In this document: in pieces, positions 56,803-64,000 of the stretch
Position numbering within the stretch: the stretch's first letter is position 1
Layout of the letters: each line of letters opens with the position of its first letter
Source of the DNA: a virus
Taxonomy: Duplodnaviria > Caudoviricetes
Virus record (IMG/VR): IMGVR_UViG_3300014204_000141
Span: 29,553 to 93,552 of that record
Direction: 5' to 3' (one strand)
Length of the DNA stretch: 64,000 nt
Notes under the pieces: model-generated
Database searches by the model: none
What the model was told of the DNA's origin: nothing
Seen by the model: the letters and a program-made list of their open reading frames with translations, nothing else
Program-made: the position numbers and the translations under genes

Positions 56803-58738
56803 ACATAGAATTTTAATTTGTGGGGATGCGCCATGGCTTTTTACAGGTTTTGGATACTTGCATCGTAACATCGGTGAGATTCTAGAACGAGATGGCCATG
56901 TTGTCGCATCTATAGGATATGCTGATCCTAGGACAGATGGTGATGGTAATATTTTTAACAACATCAATATACCATGGAAAGTTTATGGTTGCCGTGAAAA
57001 TCCTATAGCATTTGCCAAAAACAAATATAAATTTATTGTCGAAGAATTTAAACCCACGCTCGTATTGATGGTAACAGATCTTTATTTTGCTGAACGCTAT
57101 GTTGTTCCGGGAATACCTAATATATTTTATGCTCATATTGAAGGTGAACCCTTACCCACAACAATGCCAAGTTACGATCTTCATCAATCCTTTAGTTGGC
57201 CTGATGCATTTCTCAAATTTTCTCACGTTATATCAGCAGGTGCATTTACTAAAAAGACTATAGAAAAACGTATTAAAGAATACATATCTAAAGTTGATAC
57301 TAAAACCCAAGATTTGATATTGAAAAAATTTGAACAGATTATTCCCAATGGTATAGATTCAACAATTTTTTATAATTTGGACAAAAAAAATGAACTCAAA
57401 CAACAATTTTTTCACGTAGGTGCTGATGTTTTTGTTGTGGGTTATTTTGGCCGGCAGAATCCAAGAAAGAACATACCACATATTATCGAAGCATTTGCAA
57501 AATGGGATAACCCCAAGAGTAGATTGTATTTGCACACACCACTTCAAGACAGTCATGGTTGGAACCTTATTGACTTGGTCAGGGACTTTAAAATTGAACA
57601 TAAGGTTATATTTAATCCCGCACTTACAGTTGGAGGTGGATGTTCTGATGTTGAGTTAAATAAACGGTATAATGCTTGCAATTGTTCAATACTTGTGTCA
57701 TCAGGCGAAGGTTTTGGGCGCACAGCATGCACAGTAAAAGACACATTAGTGAAAACTAATTTAGGGTATAAACCCATTCAAGATATTAAAAAAGGTGAGT
57801 TGGTATTGACACATCAGGGCCGATTTAAACCCGTGGTTGATATTATGTCCATGCCCTATAAGGGTAAATTAACTAAAATTTGGGCTGATGTTGGTCCTAG
57901 TTTTGTTGTTACGAGTAATGAACGGGTTTATATTAGACATAAACAACAAATCAGGTTTCCTGCGGGAAATTTTGCCAGTGTGTTTGGTAAGCTCGCAAAA
58001 GACGCTAAAAAAGGTGACAAATTAATATACCCTGTAATTTATAAACATAGAAATTTTGAAAAAAATGTGAAAGCGTTTTTAAATAACACAATAAGTCTTA
58101 ATGACCACAAATATAAAACACATATGTCTTTTCCAGACCTAAAACAAGCAATACAGTACCGAGATTTAATGTACACATTTAAACACAAACAGATGGTTTA
58201 TATATATGAGGAAAGTGACGGAACTTTCACTCTGAGAATAACAAAGATAAAAATGCCTCAAAGATCCACCAAAATCAATACACAACGACAAACAAGAAAA
58301 ATCGATCACAATATTGCAAGAACGAGAACATATAAATATGACGGTGAAGTATGGAATATTCAAGTGGCAGATGATGAAACTTATGTAGTGAATGGTGTTG
58401 GTTGCTCGCATAACTGTGAATCGCTATCATGTGAAGTCCCCGTTATAGTCATGGATTATTCAGAATTATCTAATTACGGTGATGGTACAGTTAAAATTAA
58501 ACCCCTGGCGTTTCATGTTGAATCCAGAACCAATATAAGAAGGGCTATACCCAGTATTGACGATATTGTCGCGCAGTTTCAGAATCTCCACAACAAATTC
58601 GCTCGAACCCACACAGAAATGTCATTACAGGATATGGGTGGAGCCGGAAGAAAATCCGTATTAAAATTTGACTGGACAAATATCGCGCCAATGTGGATGT
58701 CATTAGTTAACTCAATCCCTGTTAAGGAGAACATATGA
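56792..58738 (+). CDS. GT4 (GT-B) glycosyltransferase containing an intein
   Basis: 'ILICGDAP..TGFG', 'IIPNGIDSTIF', 'GRQNPRKN'; removing the intein restores EGFGRTACE (EX7E). Confidence 0.9.
   Translation: MSIKHRILICGDAPWLFTGFGYLHRNIGEILERDGHVVASIGYADPRTDGDGNIFNNINIPWKVYGCRENPIAFAKNKYKFIVEEFKPTLVLMVTDLYFAERYVVPGIPNIFYAHIEGEPLPTTMPSYDLHQSFSWPDAFLKFSHVISAGAFTKKTIEKRIKEYISKVDTKTQDLILKKFEQIIPNGIDSTIFYNLDKKNELKQQFFHVGADVFVVGYFGRQNPRKNIPHIIEAFAKWDNPKSRLYLHTPLQDSHGWNLIDLVRDFKIEHKVIFNPALTVGGGCSDVELNKRYNACNCSILVSSGEGFGRTACTVKDTLVKTNLGYKPIQDIKKGELVLTHQGRFKPVVDIMSMPYKGKLTKIWADVGPSFVVTSNERVYIRHKQQIRFPAGNFASVFGKLAKDAKKGDKLIYPVIYKHRNFEKNVKAFLNNTISLNDHKYKTHMSFPDLKQAIQYRDLMYTFKHKQMVYIYEESDGTFTLRITKIKMPQRSTKINTQRQTRKIDHNIARTRTYKYDGEVWNIQVADDETYVVNGVGCSHNCESLSCEVPVIVMDYSELSNYGDGTVKIKPLAFHVESRTNIRRAIPSIDDIVAQFQNLHNKFARTHTEMSLQDMGGAGRKSVLKFDWTNIAPMWMSLVNSIPVKENI
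57728..58414 (+). mobile_element. Intein (229 aa), no intact homing endonuclease
   Basis: Begins C-TVKDTLVKT...KPIQDIKKGELVLTH; ends VWNIQVADDETYVVNGVGCSHN followed by +1 Cys. Confidence 0.9.
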
Positions 58739-59271
58739 CAGCAATAATAGGAATAGTTGATAAACATAAAATCTATATGGGTTGTGACTCCGCTGTAGTG
58801 AGTGAATCAAATTTGAATATTTGTAACTACAACGACAAAATATTTAGAAAGGGTGATTTATTAATAGGGTTTTCTGGTTCATTGCGCATGGGCCAAATAT
58901 TAAAACATGGTTTAAAATTAGTAAAACAAAAAAATAAAAGTGACGATGAGTATATTAACACAGTAGTTATTAATTCCATACAAATGCTTATGAGAAAAAA
59001 TGGTCATGCTAAAACCATAGATGGTGAAGAACGAATAGATGGTACAATTTTAATAGGTTTTAAAAATGCGTTATGGCAGATCGATGAAGATTTCAGTGTT
59101 GTGCAAAATTTAGTTTGTGATGCTATAGGTTGTGGCGATAATATTTGTTTGGGTGTCTTACACGCCACCGAGGGTATGGACCCTCAAAAACGAATCCTGA
59201 TGGCTTTAGAAGCATCAGAAAAATATAACGCCAGTGTGAGAAGACCCTTTAAAATATTTACAACACCGTAA
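58735..59271 (+). CDS. HslV / proteasome-beta-like Ntn-hydrolase
   Basis: N-terminal (M)T-A-I-I-G, 'MGCDS', 'KIF', 'GFSGS', 'AIGCG'. Confidence 0.8.
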   Translation: MTAIIGIVDKHKIYMGCDSAVVSESNLNICNYNDKIFRKGDLLIGFSGSLRMGQILKHGLKLVKQKNKSDDEYINTVVINSIQMLMRKNGHAKTIDGEERIDGTILIGFKNALWQIDEDFSVVQNLVCDAIGCGDNICLGVLHATEGMDPQKRILMALEASEKYNASVRRPFKIFTTP

Positions 59272-59283
59272 AAAGGAGATATT

Positions 59284-59637
59284 ATGCGATTAATAAGCGA
59301 TAAACCCTATGGAATCAAGGGTGAGTTTGTATGCATGGGAATAGTCAACGATTCTGGCAAAGACTATATAGCTATGTTGGACCTAGAAACGGAGAGACTT
59401 TATGTTGAGGAATTGCATTGGGGAAAAGGTAAAAATGTTTATACTTCAACATTTCACTTCATAGATGATGAAAAGGAATGGAATAGGGTTTATACATGGA
59501 TCAGCAAAAACACAACTATTTTTTCACCCAAAAAACTCAATGAAATACTTAAACGCAAACACTCATACCTGTATGGTGCGAAGTATAGAAATGAAAACCC
59601 TGATTTTCAGATCAGAAAAAAGGAAAAGCGATTATAA
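59284..59637 (+). CDS. Hypothetical protein
   Basis: AAGGAG RBS; coupled operon. Confidence 0.65.
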   Translation: MRLISDKPYGIKGEFVCMGIVNDSGKDYIAMLDLETERLYVEELHWGKGKNVYTSTFHFIDDEKEWNRVYTWISKNTTIFSPKKLNEILKRKHSYLYGAKYRNENPDFQIRKKEKRL

Positions 59638-59933
59638 TGACTAAAATTAAAACACTGAAGAAATACTGTGAAGAACAAAAAAAAGTTATAGAATTAGACA
59701 AATATTTAGAAGGTTGTCGATTAAAAAAAGATCCGGGCGAATCTTTTATATTTGAATGGATACGTGTAAATGCTAAAAAGTTTAGAGGAAATTTTATTCG
59801 TAAGGCCCTAACAAAAGCACACAAAGAACTTAAATTGTGTATAGATAATGGTAAAACCAATGGTAATAAACCCATTATAGAACAATGTATAGAGGAAATA
59901 GAAGATTGTCTTGAACTTATGCCAGAGGATTAA
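59637..59933 (+). CDS. Small helical protein (DUF4032-like)
   Basis: 'EQKKVIELDKYLEG...DPGESFIFEWIRVNAKKFR'. Confidence 0.5.
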   Translation: MTKIKTLKKYCEEQKKVIELDKYLEGCRLKKDPGESFIFEWIRVNAKKFRGNFIRKALTKAHKELKLCIDNGKTNGNKPIIEQCIEEIEDCLELMPED

Positions 59934-59934
59934 C

Positions 59935-60639
59935 ATGGAAAATAAATATACATTAGAAGAGATTGATGAATTAGTATTTAAATACCAAAAAACTAATGAC
60001 ACGGAATCCATTAAGATATTACTGAAGTTGTTTGAAAGATTTATTATAAAATATGTAAACTTTTTAAAATTTGGTATAGTTGGGAAACATTATGACTCCA
60101 ATATAAGACAATTATTTAATATGATGGTTTCTACACGCGCTAATTCAGATATTGGAAGTATAAATAAGATTTTTCAAGACATTGACGTAGAAGATTTAAT
60201 TCCAGAGCTGCAAATGATATTTATTAATAATGTTAAGAGATTTAAAAAACAAAAAGATGGACCCAATTTTACTGGCTATGTATATAATTACTACAAATAC
60301 AGTATAACTGAATTTTTTAGAAAACTTTCAAGTGACGCCATGTCTCATAAAGCCATCATACCCGCATACAATACTGATGATGTTGACGCACCAGAAGATG
60401 CCGATTCTGTTATTGAAAATAGAATCGAAACAAAAATAGAGTTTGAAAATCTCTGTTTTTCCACAACTAAAAAAATATCACAACTGGAAAAATATATTTT
60501 ATACCTCACACACGAAAAAGATTTAAGTGGTATAGAAATAGCAAATCTATTCAATATATCGCCGTCATCAATAGACATAATCAAAAGAAACGCGCAGAAA
60601 AAAATTAAAAGGAGCAAGTTTTCGGATTATCAATTATGA
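59935..60639 (+). CDS. Phage sigma70-family RNA polymerase sigma factor
   Basis: 'LVFKYQKTNDTESIKILLKLFERFI', 'EDL..ELQMIF...VKRF...FTGYV', C-terminal HTH 'LSGIEIANLFNISPSSI'. Confidence 0.8.
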   Translation: MENKYTLEEIDELVFKYQKTNDTESIKILLKLFERFIIKYVNFLKFGIVGKHYDSNIRQLFNMMVSTRANSDIGSINKIFQDIDVEDLIPELQMIFINNVKRFKKQKDGPNFTGYVYNYYKYSITEFFRKLSSDAMSHKAIIPAYNTDDVDAPEDADSVIENRIETKIEFENLCFSTTKKISQLEKYILYLTHEKDLSGIEIANLFNISPSSIDIIKRNAQKKIKRSKFSDYQL

Positions 60640-61343
60640 AAATATCACTATTTTTTTGTACTAGAGGTCGGGTTGAAATGTTAAAACAATGTTTGGATTC
60701 TATTGTTGAAACTGCTGATAACATCAAAGACATCGAACTGTCTGTGGGAATAGACAACGACGACACTGAGACCATAGAATTTTTTAAAACATTTGACAAA
60801 ATTAAAACCGTTGTTACTATGGGTGAACCTAAACCATTAAACTTTATTAAATTTTGTACTGAAGTTTGTGATAAAGCAACAGGTGATATATTCATGCCAC
60901 TTAATGATGATATTGTTTTTATGAGTAAACATTGGGATACTATAATAAAAACAGAATTTGACAAATACCAAGATAAGATTATAATGGTTTTTCCCAACGA
61001 TTCGCATTATGGTAATAAACACAGTTCATTTCCAATACTGCATAAAAACTGGATTGAAACAATTGGTTACTTTTTTGCGCCGTATTTTAATTATTGGTAT
61101 CCAGATACATGGTTGTATGAAGTTGCTGGTTTAATAGGAAGACGTGTTTATTTGCAAAATTTTATTATAGAACATAAACACAATGATTATGGTAAACGTA
61201 AGGCAGATGAAACTGATAGTTTAAGAAATAACAGAATACCATTAGATGTAGAAACGTGGAAAGAAACGGTAGAACTTCGCAAAACCGATGCGAAAAAACT
61301 TAAAAAATATATTGATAGTTACAAGCATAGGAGTTGCACATGA
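60636..61343 (+). CDS. GT2-family glycosyltransferase
   Basis: 'ISLFFCTRGR', 'GIDNDD', 'ATGDIFMPLNDD', 'YPDTW'. Confidence 0.85.
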   Translation: MKISLFFCTRGRVEMLKQCLDSIVETADNIKDIELSVGIDNDDTETIEFFKTFDKIKTVVTMGEPKPLNFIKFCTEVCDKATGDIFMPLNDDIVFMSKHWDTIIKTEFDKYQDKIIMVFPNDSHYGNKHSSFPILHKNWIETIGYFFAPYFNYWYPDTWLYEVAGLIGRRVYLQNFIIEHKHNDYGKRKADETDSLRNNRIPLDVETWKETVELRKTDAKKLKKYIDSYKHRSCT

Positions 61344-62062
61344 AAATATCAATAGTTATCGCATCATGTTTAAAACTACCAACGAGAATGAAAAACCTTA
61401 TTCAAACCGTAGATTGTATAAAAAAACACTTTAATGACTGTGAAATAATTATACCGATAGATAAATATGCTACATCTATCAATCCGACTCTGCCATTTAA
61501 TGACGCTAATATTAAAACAGTATTTCATAACAAAGGTTTAGGATATTCATTTAATATTGGTATGGCTATGGCAACCCATGACATTGTATTACAAATAGAA
61601 GATGATTGGGTTTGTACAACTTGTTTATATAAAACACCAAGTTCTATAGAAACTGTAATAGAGAAAAGTATAAATATAATTGAGAGTGACCAGTTTTCAG
61701 TTGTTTGTTTAACATCACAACCATGGCAGAATAATTATATACCGGGATTAACATTTGTAAAAGATGATATTTATAAAATTAATAAACCTGAACAAACAAA
61801 ATGGAACAAACATGGTTATGGCCACTATTTTTCTAACAGACCGCACATCAAAAATAAAAACATTCATAAAGAGATAGGTCCGTATTTTGATAATGGAACG
61901 CCAGGTGAAGTTGAAGTATTAATAAGCAAAACTGCTATACACTCATCAAAAATTAATTGTTTTTGTTTTAAGGATACAATTTTCCACCATATAGGACAAA
62001 CATCTTTAAGAAATATTGATGATCCGGTGGGCAAAAAAACATGGGATGCGTTAAAAGATTAA
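61340..62062 (+). CDS. GT2-family glycosyltransferase
   Basis: 'ISIVIAS', 'NKGLGYSFN', 'LQIEDDW', 'HHIG'. Confidence 0.8.
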   Translation: MKISIVIASCLKLPTRMKNLIQTVDCIKKHFNDCEIIIPIDKYATSINPTLPFNDANIKTVFHNKGLGYSFNIGMAMATHDIVLQIEDDWVCTTCLYKTPSSIETVIEKSINIIESDQFSVVCLTSQPWQNNYIPGLTFVKDDIYKINKPEQTKWNKHGYGHYFSNRPHIKNKNIHKEIGPYFDNGTPGEVEVLISKTAIHSSKINCFCFKDTIFHHIGQTSLRNIDDPVGKKTWDALKD

Positions 62063-62064
62063 TT

Positions 62065-62835
62065 TTAGATGCAGTGTTTATTTACAATATCACTTATATA
62101 TGTTATTAACCAATATGGTGAAATTTGTTTCTGCAATGTTTGTAATACGTTCAAATCATATTTTGGTAAAACATAATTTTTTATAGATTCCATAGTCCAA
62201 GTATATTCTATTGGATGATCCATAACAAATTTATAAGAAGGCATATATAGTGTTAATGGTATACAATTACACATTAAGGCCTCATAATATCTATATGTAT
62301 CATACATAACCCCCGGACTACATAACATAAACTCTGATTTGTCAAGAAAATCAAAATAATCATTCTTAAAATGTTTGGTTTTATCCTCATCATGGGACTT
62401 CACTATTTTTGCATCAATTATCATCAAATCTGAAAACTTGTCAATATCATTATGAATAATTTTTCTTATTAATTTTCCACAAAAGGTATTATGGGTTGCA
62501 TGTATTGAAGCGCATTTATATGTTTTATTTCGTATATTTCTTTTTATATATAATGGATAAAAATCAGCATTATTTAGTAATGGCAATGAATACATATTCT
62601 CTGTATATATTTGTTTAGGCATACAACTAATAAAAATAACTTTAGCGTGTTCATATGTTTTGTTTTCTATATCAGGCATTCTTACTGAAATATCACATGG
62701 ACATGTATCACCAATAGTTATAACATCAGACTTTATAGTTTTACAAAATTCCCTATATTGTTGTGTCATAAAACTAAATAAACCAACCGCCAATGGATTT
62801 GATTGTTGATTAAGTTGTAATCTTATTTCTTTCAT
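62065..62835 (-). CDS. Exostosin/GT47-like glycosyltransferase
   Basis: 'YFDFLDKSEFMLCSPGVMYDTYRYYEALMCNCIPL'. Confidence 0.75.
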   Translation of the reverse strand: MKEIRLQLNQQSNPLAVGLFSFMTQQYREFCKTIKSDVITIGDTCPCDISVRMPDIENKTYEHAKVIFISCMPKQIYTENMYSLPLLNNADFYPLYIKRNIRNKTYKCASIHATHNTFCGKLIRKIIHNDIDKFSDLMIIDAKIVKSHDEDKTKHFKNDYFDFLDKSEFMLCSPGVMYDTYRYYEALMCNCIPLTLYMPSYKFVMDHPIEYTWTMESIKNYVLPKYDLNVLQTLQKQISPYWLITYISDIVNKHCI

Positions 62836-62841
62836 TTCATA

Positions 62842-63540
62842 TCATCCTTTTTTTAAAATAAAAAACGCGCTTGTATATTTTAAATTAGTATTATTAAGAA
62901 TTTCTTGATCTGTGTTCATAAAAGAAAAATCATAATCACCATCTATTACACAACGGGAGGGAATTATTAATCTATTAAATAAACTTTGCTCATCATAAAA
63001 ATAACCACCACTCACCCATTGATGAGTATTAGCGATATCAGTGCTAATAATAATTTTTCCTCCGGGTTTACATATTCGCACCATTTCTTGTATAGCAATT
63101 ACATCTTGTTGATAAATATGTTCAATAGCTGAAAATGATATAACAATATCAAAGAAGTTGTCTGGATATTTTATCTGTGCCATGTTTTGTTTTGAAGTGA
63201 ATATTTTTTCTGGATGAAATGCATAATCTTTCCACTTTTTATCCCAAAATTCTAATGTTCCTAAATCACCCCAACCCATAAAAATATCAGATGTATGTAC
63301 CATATTTACATATTGTGTTAAAAACGATGAAAATATTGAATCTCTAGCACCTAGTTCGCAAACCACTTTATTATTAAAATCACATCTAAATAAAGATAAA
63401 GCGCAATCATATGTTCTACCAGTTTTATGCCATTTTGCTATATTTAAGCAATAATTATTATATTCGTTGTATAATAATTTTATTTTTGGATATTCTAAAA
63501 ATGTTTGGTTTTCTTTATAAGTTTGGTTTAATGGTATCAT
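62842..63540 (-). CDS. Class I SAM-dependent methyltransferase
   Basis: 'VCELGA', 'YPDNFFDIVISFSAIEHI', 'EMVRICKPGG'. Confidence 0.9.
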   Translation of the reverse strand: MIPLNQTYKENQTFLEYPKIKLLYNEYNNYCLNIAKWHKTGRTYDCALSLFRCDFNNKVVCELGARDSIFSSFLTQYVNMVHTSDIFMGWGDLGTLEFWDKKWKDYAFHPEKIFTSKQNMAQIKYPDNFFDIVISFSAIEHIYQQDVIAIQEMVRICKPGGKIIISTDIANTHQWVSGGYFYDEQSLFNRLIIPSRCVIDGDYDFSFMNTDQEILNNTNLKYTSAFFILKKG

Positions 63541-64000
63541 TTTTTCTCAAAATATAAGAATTCCTAACAATTGTTTCAGAAGGATATTCCATATTAATCT
63601 TTTCAACTAATTCAAAACTTCCTTTAGTAAACACATCAATTAACTTTTCATCATCAACTGGTATTAGAGAATAATCACCCTTTATAGGTATTTCTAATAA
63701 CAATATACCCTTAGGTCTTATAAGTTTCGCTATCATTCGTTCCAAATCTTCAAACGAAACACCATCTCTGACCATATAATGTATAAATGATAACATTATA
63801 ACAACATCATATGTTTTGTCGATTAATCGCCAGTCTTTAGATATGAATGTCGTTTTGTTTATACAACCAGTAATTCTGGTTGCTAATTTAGCCTGAGAAA
63901 GTTGTTCCGAATTTATATTGCAGAGTGTAGCATTAACTCCAGAAAACTCTTGCATTAATTTAATACTATATAATCCAGCCCAACAACCAATATCAAGTAC
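63515..64000 (-). CDS. Class I SAM-dependent methyltransferase, truncated by window edge
   Basis: Frame continues to the edge as VLDIGCWAGLYSIKLMQE...; 'YDVVIMLSFIHY', 'LIRPKGILLLE'. Confidence 0.85.
   Translation of the reverse strand, partial: VLDIGCWAGLYSIKLMQEFSGVNATLCNINSEQLSQAKLATRITGCINKTTFISKDWRLIDKTYDVVIMLSFIHYMVRDGVSFEDLERMIAKLIRPKGILLLEIPIKGDYSLIPVDDEKLIDVFTKGSFELVEKINMEYPSETIVRNSYILRKNDTIKPNL

Noticed and set aside
1-64000. Stop-codon reassignment as in some large phages
   Set aside because: Code-11 ORFs tile the window densely, including 6-7 kb genes, and TAA, TAG and TGA all end genes at sensible coupled junctions.

Overview
AT-rich, gene-dense, standard-code (table 11) segment of a large, probably jumbo, contractile-tailed dsDNA bacteriophage. 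No host housekeeping genes, rRNA, tRNA or CRISPR array were seen. 1-47689 (+) is a virion morphogenesis region: tail-tube-like protein, two paralogous tail chaperones, three ~2000-2300 aa proteins (tape-measure-like; a protein with two-barrel RNA polymerase-like motifs; a baseplate-hub-like protein), spike-, gp25-, baseplate J- and I-like genes, a methyltransferase-GT2-GT9 fusion next to a ~200x Gly-X-Ser repeat protein, fibre/LamG/beta-propeller proteins and membrane (lysis-like) genes. 47691-53453 (-) is a replication block (phosphoesterase, Cas4-like protein, DnaG-DnaB primase-helicase). 53588-62062 (+) encodes an HTH protein, a tubulin/FtsZ homologue, TnpB, an intein-containing GT4, an HslV-like protease, a sigma factor and two GT2s. 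62065-64000 (-) encodes a GT47-like enzyme and two methyltransferases. Best leads: (i) a Pro-Ser-Gly-hydrophobic motif strongly enriched in distal virion proteins, which together with the Ser-Gly repeat protein and six GT domains suggests a sequon-directed virion O-glycosylation system; (ii) a divergent single-chain two-barrel RNAP-like protein (DFDSD) inside the tail module; (iii) a recurring TATAAT-N5-ATG leaderless promoter class. All family calls come from motif recognition by eye; no database searches were run.
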